Source: Azolla caroliniana
Lineage: Eukaryota > Plantae > Polypodiophyta
Direction of reading: 5' to 3'
Assembly: GCA_043228905.1 (NCBI GenBank)
Contig: JBHGNT010000008.1
Coordinates: 8,246,001-8,310,000, forward strand
Length of the DNA: 64,000 nucleotides
In this document: positions 1 to 11,647 of the stretch, one piece after another
Numbering within the stretch: the first letter of the stretch is position 1
How the letters are laid out: the number at the start of each line of letters is the position of its first letter
The notes under the pieces: generated by a model
Databases searched by the model: none
What the model was told of the DNA's origin: nothing
Seen by the model: the letters and a program-made list of their open reading frames with translations, nothing else
Position numbers and translations under genes: made by a program

Positions 1-535
1 GGAAGTCGATGGGAGGGACTTTTTTGAACCTTAAGCATGTATTCAACAATGCTTTCCATGGCCAATATCTCAATGGGAAGTGATCCCATCTCAAGCAAGA
101 GGAGGGTGTATGGCGTTTGTTTCTTAACTTGTAGAAACTTTGTAAGAAAATGTTTTTGGACATTTTCAAACTCTTTCCAAGTAGATTTAGGTTACCACCC
201 ATACTTCCACCCCATAGAGAAGCACTAGTGTCACCAAAATGTTGAAAAGGTATTTCTTGAGGACCCAACACTTAATATCTCCACGATTTCATGTGTTATA
301 AATGCATAATAATATGCTCGCTTTCCCGCCTCGAAGCAGCGTGTAGCACATTCATTCCATCTATGATTTGAAGGAACTTCAAGGCCAAGATATTTGAAGC
401 TTTCTACACTTTCAAGTGGCTCATTATTGTACATAATGCATGGCTTATCTCTTTTTTGGCTCTTCACAAGCATAATCTTTGTTTTAGAGCTATTAACACT
501 TAATTTCGTATGCATGCAAATTTGTTGAGCGGGTA
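1..535 (-). pseudogene. Degenerate non-LTR retrotransposon (LINE) RT C-terminal fragment
   Basis: ORF 231-542 contains KLSVNSSKTKIML...LESVESFKYLG, the RT thumb signature of RTE/L2/CR1-type LINEs; frameshifted downstream. Confidence 0.75.
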
Positions 536-713
536 AGGTCAACTAGATCCGGATCGGCTGAATAAGCCAGAGCCGAATCGGTATCCGAAACGGAGAACTG
601 GATAGGTGTCCAGACATATCGGTATCTGGAACCTAGAACCGAATCGGAGAACCAGATCGTACTCCGGAATAGTGAGAACCGGTAGGTTGTTGGAGCCTAC
701 GGTTCGAGCCTAG

Positions 714-3243
714 TGTAAGGAATCGACCCGCCACAACCGGTTTCATGTTCGTATTCGTGTGCAGAAACCAAGAACTAGTACATAGACAATTAAAACATGA
801 AGACACAGAGACACCAATATTTTACGTGGAAAACCCGAAATGGGAAAAACCACGGGGGTCAACAAACCCTGAGAATACAGATCACTATAGTAGAGAGGAA
901 ATACAAACCCCGAAATGGGAAAAACCACGGGGGACACAACCTTCCGCAACCTCGACTGCCACGAAACAACTCCCCTTGCATAAGTCATTACGTACTTGGA
1001 CGTGGATCGACTGGTATCCACATCAGCCGACATGTCTGAGTCAGTATAACTTTCCAGTGTGGGGTTACCCAAACCGAAATGAAGACACACGTTAGAGGTG
1101 CCTTTTAGGTACCGAAGTATCCACTTCACGGTAGCCCAATGCTCTCTTCTGGGGTTGCTCATATATCGGCTAACTACGCCGACTACGTATCCTATGTCCA
1201 ACTTGGTATATACCATCACGTACATTAGGCTTCCGACTACCGAGGCATAAGGAACCTTTGACATCTTGGCCTTCTAGGTTTTCGATTTCAGACATTGTTC
1301 TTTGCTTAACTTGTAGTTCGTCAGCAGTGTCAAGCGACCGGTTTCCCATTGTTATCCGTATAGGTGTACAAGATGAATAGGGTGTAATGTGTATGGTGTG
1401 GTGTGGTGTGTAATATATAATATGTATACGAGTGTGTGAGGATGAGTATGTGTGAGCACATGCACAATTATGTGCATGTGACAAGAGTGTAACGGTTGTC
1501 TCTTTTGTAACAGTCATTATTTACCGTTACATTATGTATTATATAAACCCCTTATGGGTATGTAATGGATATACACTTTCCCCCCCCCCCCTCTCACATT
1601 TGTGTCATTTTCTATTTGTATTTATCTCTCGCTCTCTCACTATCGAAACCCCCTTGGGAGGGGGTGAAGCCAACCCCCCCACCCAACAACACTTTTGGCA
1701 TGCTCAATGGGACAACCTCCTTTGAGAGGAAGTCACTCCCTCACTCTCATCTCTGTCACTAATTTCTCTCCTCACTCTCTCTACCTAAACCCTAGACACC
1801 CCAAAGTTCATCTCTATGTACATCTCTCTCATTCTATGTATTCGTGCAGAAATGTCGTCTTGACATCCAATTGCTCGACTTCGAGATCCATGCTGGCCGC
1901 AATGCTCAGCACGGTTCGGATTGACGTCATCTTTACGATTGGGGCAGATATTTCGTCGAAATCAATACCCTTCTTCTACTAAAATCCTTTCACGACGATT
2001 CGTGTTTTGTACCTGGGTGGATTCCCACCATCTCCCTGTTTCAGCTTGTATACCCATTTATTCCGAAATGCCCTCTTTCCTCTCGGTAGTTTGGTCAGTT
2101 CATATGTGTGGTTCTCATGCAAGGAATCCATCTCCTCTTGCATGACAGTCAACCACTTTCGGCTATGGGTATCTTCCTTAGCTTCTTCAAAGCTTTTTGG
2201 CTTGCCCTCATCGGTTAGCAGTACACACTCTTCATCCGGAAATCTTTGGGGGGGCCTCCTTTCTCTTAGGGGGGTATCTTTGGCCTCCATTTAGCACGAT
2301 CGGTTCTTCTTCGACTTCTTCGGCCGTTTCGAATTCGGTTCCTTGTTCGGCCGTTTCACCTCGTTCTTCAGTCAATTCTCGATTTTGCTGAGTATTAACT
2401 TGACCGATTGGCTCATATTCGATTTCGATCGAATCGGCTTCTACTTGATTCAGTCGAGGGTCGACTCAGTTTGATTCAGTAGTTGGAGACTTATTCTCAA
2501 TCTCCCAGTCGGCTATTGTCTTTTCCTCCATGAAGACAATGTCACGACTCCTAATCACTTTCTTCTTGGCCAAGTCCCATAACCGATAGCCAAATTCATC
2601 ATTGCCATAGCCGAGAAATATGCATGGCTGAGATTTCGGGTCCAACTTCCCCCTTTGGTCCTTTGCCACATGTACATAAGCAAGACAGCTGAACACCCTC
2701 AAATGTCAATACGGTACATCTTTGCCACTCCACACCCTTTGTGGAATATCACCGTCTTCGGTTTATCATGTACGTTGTTGTCATCAACGCCTCAGCCCAG
2801 AACGTCTTCGGTAACTTAGCATGTGCAAGCATACTTCAAACCCTTTCCATTATGGTCCGGTTCATTCTCTCGGCAAGCCCATTAAGCTCTGGCGTCTTTG
2901 GCACGGTATACTTGAGTTGGATTCCTTTATTTCGACAATATTCCTCGAACGGTTCACAATACTCTCCGCCATTGTCCGCTCGGACTGCCTTCAGTTTTTG
3001 GCCGGTTTCTCTCTCGGCCCTCGCTTGGAACTCTTTGAAGACGGATAACACTTGATCCTTCATATTCAACATGGAAGCCCACAACTTTTGGCTACAGTCA
3101 TCAATGAAGGTCACAAAATACTGTGAACCACCATGCGACTTCGTGTCCACATTGCATATGTCCATATGCACGAGCTCCAACGACATTTTCTTCCTCATCG
3201 GGGGCCTCGTTCGGAAAGTTGTTTGATTATGCTTGCTGGCCAA
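714..3243 (-). mobile_element. Degenerate Ty1/copia (Tork/Tnt1-like) remnant: integrase, partial RT/RNase H and partial 3' LTR (714-933); interrupted at 1350-1840
   Basis: ORFs 2836-3312 (VRADNGGEY, PELNGLAERMNRT), 2466-2702, 1979-2290 and 743-1264 (VPYASVVGSLMY, YTDSDMSAD) are collinear with the polyprotein at 52414-55590. 714-933 resembles the U5 end of that family's LTR and duplicates cccgaaatgggaaaaaccacggggg at a deletion junction. Confidence 0.85.
1350..1840 (+). mobile_element. Ty3/gypsy 5' LTR (1350-1691) with PBS (1696-1713) and leader fragment; remainder deleted
   Basis: TGTT...AACA termini, TATATAAA near 1539; followed by tggcatgctcaatgggac, a deaminated form of the tRNA-Arg(UCU) PBS TGGCACGCCCRGTGGGAC (tRNA identity from recall). 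Confidence 0.65.
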
Positions 3244-3732
3244 GGCCTCCTCGACAACATACACTCGGATGTATGGGGACCGGTTCAAATGCCGACGATC
3301 GGCGGACGCCAATTCTACGTCACCTTCATCGACGACTACTCACGCTACGCGTGGATCTTCCCGATGAAGAAGAAGAGCGAAGTGTTCTCCCACTTCCACA
3401 AACTCAAGGGGCAAGTCGAAAAAGAAACCGGTCGGCACATTCGATGCCTACGATCGGATGGAGGAAAGGAATACTTCTCCGATGAATTCACCTCCTACCT
3501 CTAAAGTGAAGGCATCCGGAGAGAATTCTCGTGCCGACACACACCCCAACATAATGGAGTTGCCAAAATGAAGAATCGGCAAATACTCGAGATAGTACGA
3601 GCCATGTTACATGAGAAGCATATGTTGAACTTCTATTGGGCCGACGCGGCATCCACAACCGTCTATCTCATGAACCGGTGCACCACCAACGGAGTGCATG
3701 AGCTAACTCCATACAAGCTCCTCGTCGGAAGG

Positions 3733-5810
3733 TGTTGACCGGTCAGAAGAGCAAGGACAAGTGGGAAGGCGTAGTCGGATCGGATAATAGGAAGTAAATA
3801 ATAGTATAATTATTATTCGGAGGGACGGATCCGGTACAGTTGTACCGATCCGGATCCGGACCGATTCGGATGCCGGTTGCCTAAGCGCACCGATTGTAAC
3901 CTTGCCGGATTCCTATAAAAGGATCCGATGATTTGTAAAGGCTTGACGGAAGTAATACAAAAAGTAATTATTGCGTGTTTATCTATATCTTCGTATTGTT
4001 TTACCGTCTGTGCTTAATTGTAATCATCTTACGCGTGTAACCTAGCATCCAATCCTTACCACCCCTTTGGAGAAGTGTCGGATAGACACCTGTGTTGAGG
4101 CTAGTCCGACCAGGTAGACAACACTATTTTGGCAACCATTTTGGCGACTGCAGGAAGAACTCCGACAACAGAAGGACCGGGATGACCGGTTAAGAGCTCA
4201 GGTAAACCGACGCCTGAAGCAGAAGATGGAGGACTTTGACCGTCTCTACCGAGATCACAAGCAGGCCGAGTCGGACAACAAGAAACGGGCAGCAGACTAC
4301 GACCGGCAAATAGAGAAGCTGAAAGAACAGCTCAAAGAGACCCGATTAGACCTGGCTAAGACAATGGATGAGGTCAGTGCCAAAAAGGAAGCATTGTCGG
4401 CGGAAATAACCCAAGCGACGGAGAGAAGGAAGGAATTAGAGGCACTAAGGCGGGAAAAGCTGGATCTGACCAAGATCAGGAATGAGGAAAAGGAAAGATC
4501 GACCTTCACGATCAACAAACTGCAAAGTACCTATGAAAAGCAAAAAGCGGATTACGAGGCCCAGACTCAGATAATGGCCGACATTATAAAACGGGCAAGG
4601 AAGGAAAAGCAAGAAGCTTATGCGCATGCTAAGGCAGGGGTTGACTGGATCAAGCTCATCATGTCAGGTTGGAGTACCCAAGCTCAGGCAAGCATCAACG
4701 AAAGTACGGAAAAGCTATGGAAGGACTGGTCACAACAGGCAGCCGAGCTGCAGACACTCCGAGCTGATGCCGAGAATCGGAGGAAGACCGGTGACAAGTT
4801 CTACAAGATGGATGAAGAAAGTATCGTCGCCATTCGGGAAGAATTGTTAGAGGATTTCTACGCTTTAGCGGAAGAACATCTCAAAGAAATCCGAGGGTTG
4901 GTAGAGAGGTTGGATGACGGGCAGCTCGCAACTCAGTTGGAGTTGGAGAAATACGAGCAGGACCGGTTACGATAGGAAGCCAAGGGAAGAAGGGCGCCAA
5001 TCACTATAAGTGAGGGAGAGCAACCGGCTGAAGTTGAACCAACCGACACCGAACAACCCCGACAAGGAATACCCGAAGAAGAACTTCCGTTCGAAGGAGA
5101 TCAAGAAGAGCAGGAGCAGACTGAGGCCGGAGAAGAAGAGGAGCTGAGACCGGAAGACACCAGAGCAGAGGAAGAAGGCGCACCGAGCCGACCAGTCGAG
5201 ACCGGAGAAAGTGACACTGGTAACAGAACAGAGCCTGGAACGGAGGGAGAACAGGAAGAACCCGGACGGAGCGGTGAGGAAGCACTGGCACCACAGAATC
5301 AAGCAGAGCCGGAGCAGCAAATTTTTACGGAACAGCCAACCCAACCGGAGGTCGGAGACCAGGCAGGCAAGGAACAAGAATTGGAAGAAGAAGCACCACT
5401 TGACCCCATCGAGCAGAGTGTGCTCGATATTTTGGAGGAAGAATGAGGCCGGGAGTGGAATCGAAGTGCAAGGCACTTTCCCACGGGCGTGCCATGTGTT
5501 GACCGGAGTCGGATCGGATAATAGGAAGTAAATAATAGTATAATTATTATTCGGAGGGACGGATCCGGTACAGTTGTACCAATCCGGATCCGGACCGATT
5601 CGGATGCCGGTTGCCTAAGCGCACCGATTGTAACCTTGCCGGATGCCTATAAAAGGATCCGATGATTTGTAAAGGCTTGACGGAAGTAATACAAAAAGTA
5701 ATTATTGCGTGTTTATCTATATCTTCGTATTGTTTTACCGTCTGTGCTTAATTGTAATCATCTTACGCGTGTAACCTAGCATCCAATCCTTACCACCCCT
5801 TTGGAGAAGT
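3733..5810 (+). mobile_element. Internally deleted Athila-like gypsy derivative: 5' LTR 3733-4123, 3' LTR 5497-5810 (truncated); retains only the C-terminal half of the extra ORF
   Basis: Near-identical direct repeats starting tgttgaccgg; degenerate PBS tggcaacca 4130-4138; internal ORF homologous to 47390-48250 and 50270-50327. Confidence 0.85.
4145..5446 (+). pseudogene. C-terminal part of the gypsy extra ORF (coiled coil plus acidic tail), one in-frame TAG at 4973-4975
   Basis: ORF 4226-4975 continues in frame to ...PLDPIEQSVLDILEEE*; LRADAENRRK motif shared with ORF 47934-48218. Confidence 0.8.
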
Positions 5811-6755
5811 GGCCAAGTACGAACTTGGACAAAGGCAAAGGTAAGATACCCAAATACGAAGTCGATCAGCCTGACGACAGTGATTCGGATGTGTCGGCTC
5901 CCTCACTAGACAGTGAGTTTGGTGTACCCATCATGCGTACACCCGGAGTAAAGAAGGCTATCACATCAACGAGTGAAAAACTTCGACGCTCATCTAGAGC
6001 TAAGAACCTCGTCACCCGGCTCGGCTACAATGAGTATATGGCCCATCACTATGCCTTCGCGATGAAGGTAGTAGGCGAACAAGAGCCCAAGAGCTCCACC
6101 AAAGCGGCTCATAACCCACGATGGGTGGAAGTAGTCGACCTTCGCCCACACACTACAAGACTTCGTCACCGGCTTGAGGGGGAGGAATCGAGATTGCCAC
6201 GGTGAAGAAAGCCGAAGGCCGAACGGAAGCCGCACAGAAGCCGACATCGAAAGCCGGAAAATGCCAAAAGCAGAACCGGATGTCGAACACCTCACACTTG
6301 AGCTTGAGGGGGTGTGTTGAGAGATCAAGGTCAACTTAGTTTAGTTAGTTAGTTAACCATGTAACTTCATAGTTACCTAGATAAAATCTAGTTAGAAGTG
6401 TTGACTATAACGCATTAAATAGGACCTTGTACTTAAGTGGGATATTCTAGATCCTTCACTCCGAAGTACATTTAATATAGGACTTACACCCTTGTACCTA
6501 TATTCTCCTCACACATGTGCACCCTTGCACATGAGATCTATATATACCTCATTATGGGTATTTTTGTATTTGATGATGATAATGCTAATTTAATATAGTT
6601 ACTCATCCCCCATCTTGTGTTGTTCATAAGTGTATCTTCCTCTCTCTCTTCCTCTCACACACATACACACACATATCACTTAATCTTCCGCTTAACTTAA
6701 TCACATAATTAGGTACTAATTAACCCTTGCTTAATTACTTAACTAATTCTTAACA

Positions 6756-7482
6756 GGCCCAAATGACACTTCAGGCGTAGTCGAATACACCGACTCGGAT
6801 TTTGCCGGATGTGTGGACAGTAGAAGATCGACAATCGGATACTACTTTAAGTTTGGCAATGGAGCAATTTCGTGGAAATCGAAACTTCAGGAGTGCATTA
6901 CCACATCAACGATCGAGGCCGAATACGTAGCTGTGTTTGATGCAGCGAAAGAGGCCTTATGGCTCAATCGGTTGGCTTACACGTTTCTACAAGTCAAATC
7001 CGACTCGGCTCCAGTTGTCTATAGTGACAGTCAGGGTGTTGTCACTCTGTCGAAAATTCTGGTTCATCACAACGCCTTGAAGCACATTGATGTTCGATAT
7101 CACTTTGTTCGGGACTGCATCATTTTAGGGAAAATCGGCCTCAAGAAGATAGCTACAACCGATAATGTCGTAGATGGGATGACCAAGTGTCTTTCGGCGG
7201 ATCGATTCTGATCCCTTCGGCACCAGATGGGAGTAACGAATAATCAATCCGATTAAATCAGACACTTAGGATGGTTTTCGAACAATCGACTTCGACAGTT
7301 CGAAGTTAGGCTTTAACTTCCCCAATCTCGCCCAGTTTGGCCTTTAGTTTTTTTGAAGTTCACCAACTTGAATGAAATTTCGATTTGCTCGAAAACCGTA
7401 TATCAATATGTATTGTACATTAATTTCGATTTACATATTGTCGATGTATACACCTATTACAGGGGAGTGTTGAATGCGGGTT
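6756..7482 (+). mobile_element. Old Ty1/copia 3' end: RNase H, PPT about 7461-7467, start of 3' LTR at 7468 (resumes at 14055)
   Basis: YTDSDF..DSRRSTIGY..ISWKSKLQ..KHIDVRYHFVRD; aggggag followed by TGTTGAA. Confidence 0.8.
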
Positions 7483-10400
7483 TGTAAAGAATCAAGAGAT
7501 GGATTCTTGTGAAGCGGAATAGGTGTGAACTGTGTGTGTGTGTGTGAGATTGAGAGAGAGAGAGAGAGACCCACAGAGTATACGCAAGGTTAAAAGTTTA
7601 TTGACAAAGGAGAAAGACTCAACATTATACAAGGTGGGAGGAGGGTGCATTATGTAGTCACCCTCTCTCTTCATTAACTACAAGCCTCATGGAGCATGGG
7701 GAATGTGAAAGCTCATAAGTTATGTGTCATAGAATATGATTCCATGACTCATACTAAATGCTAGAATACAAAGTGGTGACATAATGGTGACTCTTGACCG
7801 TTGGAGTGTCTCTTCACTCTCAAGGTGAGTTCACACACTAGACCAAGTTGAGCTTGATTCTCAATACGCCCCCTCAAGCTCAAGTCGGGTCGGTTTCATA
7901 TGATATCCGAAATCTGCTTCAACTCACGTTTCGGAGTCCGCGTCAACTCGCGTTGGCTCGCTTTATGCGGAGTTGCGGAATCCGTGCTCCAGCTTGCATT
8001 GTGCGAAGTTTGTGCTTCGGCTTGCGTGCGTAGTTGCGAAGTCTGAGCTTCGGCTTGCATCTTTCTTCGCGGCTTTGCGCGGTAGATCGACTCTTTGCTG
8101 CTTCGTTGCATGGTTGCGGAATCCACGCGTTATTGCGTAGTGTCTTCAGTACTCCCCCTCAAGCTTGGCAGGTCAGGGATCGTCAATCCGAGATCGGCCA
8201 TGAATTGCCATAGCTTGTCGGTTCCTAAGGCTTTAGTGAAGATGTCAGCCGTTTGAAGATTGGTGCTAATGTGTTGTAGGTCGACATTGCCAGCTAGAAC
8301 GCGCTCTCGGATGAAGTGATAGTGCACTTCGATGTGCTTTGTCCGTGCGTGGAACACCGGGTTCCGAGCCAGATAGATACTGCTCATGTTGTCGCAGTAA
8401 AGGGAAGTCGGATCCTTGATGGGTATGCCCAGATCCTTCAAAATCCTCTTGAGCCATACGACTTCACACACAACTACGATTGCGCCCCTGTATTCCGCCT
8501 CCGTACTCGAAAGAGCGATGGTAGGCTGCTTCTTGCTACTCCAGGATATTGCTCCGCTGTCGAGGGAGAAAACAAACCCGGAGGTTGATCATCTATCAGC
8601 TTTGTAGCCGGCCCAATCGGCGTCTGTGTACCCCTCGAGTCGTATTGGCATCGCGGTCTTGTAGAGCATGCCACAATCCATTGTGCCGCTCACGTACCGT
8701 AGAACTTGCTTAGCGCAATCCAAGTGAGTATCACGCGGTGTTTGCATGAATTGGCTAAGGAGACCGACCGGATAACTGAGATCGGGTCGTGTGATCGTGA
8801 GGTAGATGAGACTCCCGATGAGTTGCCGATACTGAGTCGGCTCACACGCTTTGGTGCCGGAGTTTGCATCTAGTTTGAGATTACGATCGAGCGGGGTTGC
8901 CATGGATTTGCACTCAGCCATCCCGAACTTGTATAACAAGTTGAGGATGTAGTGTCGTTGAGAGATCATGATTCCGGCCGGAGTCCGAATTACCTCGATG
9001 ACGAGGAAGTAGTGGAGCTCCTTCATGTCCGTCATCTCGAACTTGTCGGAAAGGAGGGATTTGAACTTATTGATTTCGACGAGATGCTCACCTCCAATGA
9101 CTAGGTCATCCACATATAAGACGATGACGATCGGACTTGCGGAATCGCTTCGTATGTAGAGGGAGTTGTCTGATTTTGACATACGGAAGCCGATTTGATG
9201 AAGATATTGCGTTATCTTCGAATGCCAAGCACGCGGTGCTTGCTTGAGGCCGTAGAGTGGCTTCTTGAGTCGGCATACGGCTTTTGGATGAGTGCTCAAG
9301 TTGAAGCCGGGTGGTTGGATCATGTACACCTCCTCTTCTAATTCGCCTTGTAGAAAGGCGTTCTTGACGTCCATTTGATGGAGGTGCCACCCTTTCGCCG
9401 CGGCTATCGCAATTACGGTCCGCCCCGTCGTCATCTTTGCCACCGGGGCAAAGGTCTCTTCGTAGTCGAAGCCATGTGTCTGAGCGTATCCTTTCGCTAC
9501 GAGTCGAGCTTTGTAGCGGTTTACGGAGCCATCAACGTTATACTTCACCTTGTAGATCCATCTGCATCCAATCGCCTTTTTGTGTGATGAGGTGGGAACG
9601 AGATCCCACGTCTCGTTCTTCCATAGTGCATGCATCTCCTCATTCATTGCTTCGATCCATCGCGGGTCCTTCGCGGCTTCCGAGAAGGTTTCCGGATCCC
9701 GTACTGTTGCTACCTTCATCATAAAGGCGTAATGGTACGCCATATAATCGTTGTAGCCGAATCGGCTTACGAGGTTCTTTTCATGAGTGGATCGGCGGAG
9801 CTTTTCATTTGCAGAGATGAGGGCTTTCTTGGCTCCGATTGGTACCTCGAAACCGCCGAACTCAATGTCGAGTGAGTGAGTCGATTCATCGTCGTTGAAG
9901 CGATCGTCTTCATATTCCGCCATTTTCGCCTTGCCTTTGTCCATCTTCGGGCTAGGCCGTGATGTGCTTTGATCGCTCAAAGACTCTTGTGGTCTGCTCA
10001 GTCGGGTCGTGATCAGACTTTCTTCGATCATGCGCATAGGGCGATCTTCATCCTCGATCTCTTGTTCGGCAGATTCCGGGTCGAGCGGAGTCGGAGTCGG
10101 AGTCGTAGTCGAAGTTGTCTTTGGTGCGTACTAGGATGCGGACTCGTCAAAGACGACGTCTCGACTTACCCGAGATTTTCGAGTTGAGGGGTTGTAGCAC
10201 TTGTACCCTTTTTGCTCCAGTGAGTATCCTACGAGGATACATTTCTCCGACTTCGGGTCGAGCTTTTGACGCTTCTCGTCGGGGATGTGCACGTACGCAA
10301 TGGAGCCGAATATCCGAACATGTGATAGGTTCAACTTCTTTCCGAAGAATCTTTCGTGCGGAGTGACCTCGTGCACGCCGGATGTTGTGCACCGGTTCAT

Positions 10401-10563
10401 TAGGTAGACGGCCGTATTTGCCGCTTCGGCCCAATATGACTTGGGCATATGCTTCTCGTTCATCATGGCCCGCGCTACTTCGAGGATGTGCTGATTTTTG
10501 CGCTCGGCTACTCCGTTTTGTTGCGGAGTGTGTCGGCAAGTGAATTCTCGTCGAATTCCTTCC

Positions 10564-11647
10564 TGATAGGAACTCAACTGCTCCTTATGCACAACGCTCG
10601 GCCACAACCGAGCTTAGAATCATACATAGAAAAAAAACGGGAAATAAAAACACGACACGAAGAAGAAACGAGTGCACAGGATGTTTACGTGGAAAACCCA
10701 AAGAGGGAAAAAACCACGGCAGCCCACAGGCTGCAAGCTATCACTATGCTAGAATGTACAACAGTGAGTTCACGGAGGCAACGACCTCGTTCTCACGATC
10801 CTCGCCACAGGCGGCAGTTACAACAGAGGCAACGACCTCTTTCTCTCTCTCTCTGTGTACACTGTTACACGCTCACTCTATTCTTGCACCAACAAGAATG
10901 ACAACAACCAACAGTAACATAAAAGTTTGCCCTAAGTCATATTTATACTAATATGACTTTTCAGCTATTTACAAATATAGCCCTGATGGACTCTCAGAAA
11001 CATATTTACGAATATGTCTCCTCATCCGGTCTTGACCGGGTCTGCACCATCCGGCTCTCCGTAGCCGGGGACTCCTCATCAGGTTCTTGACTGGGTCTGC
11101 ACCATCCGGTTCTCTGTAGCCGGGGACTCCTCATCCGGTTCTCACCGGGTCTGCACCATCCGGCTCTCCGTAGCCGGGGACTCCTCATCCGGTTCTTGAC
11201 CGGGTCTGCACCATCCGGTTCTCCGTAGCGGGGACTCCTCATCCGGTTCTTGACCGGGTCTGCACCATTCGGCTCTCCGTAGCCGGGGACTCCTCATTCG
11301 GTTCTTGACCGGGTCTACACCATCCGGCTCTCCGTAGCCGGGGACTCCTCATCCGGTTCTCACCGGGTCTGCACCATCCGGCTCTCCGTAGCCGAGGACT
11401 CCTCATCCGGTTCTTGACCGGGTCTGCACCATCCGGCTCTCCGTAGCCGGGGACTCCTCATCCGGTTCTCACCGGGTCTGCACCATCCGGCTCTCCGTAG
11501 CCGGGTACTTCTCATCCGGTCTTCACCGGGTCTGTACCATCCGGCTCTCCATAGCCGGGTACTTGTCATCCGGTTTCGGCCTTGGCCTAGTTTGTTCATC
11601 GGCACTGTTCTTCTCCCTTCCCATCCGGAGGGACCTGTCTCCCAACA
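10564..11647 (-). mobile_element. Solo LTR of a Tork-like copia family inserted in the integrase; TSD CTTCC
   Basis: TG...CA ends flanked by cttcc on both sides; minus strand begins TGTTGGGA..GGTCCC and shares the TATA hairpin and cgtggtttttccc..gggttttccacgt motifs with LTR 50883-51486. Confidence 0.92.
11020..11575 (-). repeat. Tandem array of about ten 55-56-bp units in the solo LTR U3
   Basis: Unit ccggttcttgaccgggtctgcaccatccggctctccgtagccggggactcctcat repeated head to tail. Confidence 0.95.

Larger units (their letters stand above)
3243..6755 (+). mobile_element. Degenerate Ty1/copia remnant (family of 7483-14054): integrase 3243-3732, IN-RT linker 5811-6135, PPT about 6301-6314, 3' LTR 6315-6755; interrupted by a gypsy derivative
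   Basis: IHSDVWGP...FIDDYSR...LRSDGGKEY; LRRSSR..RLGYNEYMAHHYAF matches ORF 8589-10037; agcttgagggggtg precedes TGTTGAGA...TTAACA. Confidence 0.8.

Noticed and set aside
11020-11575. CRISPR-like array
   Set aside because: Units are contiguous with no unique spacers, lie within a TSD-flanked LTR, and no cas genes are present.
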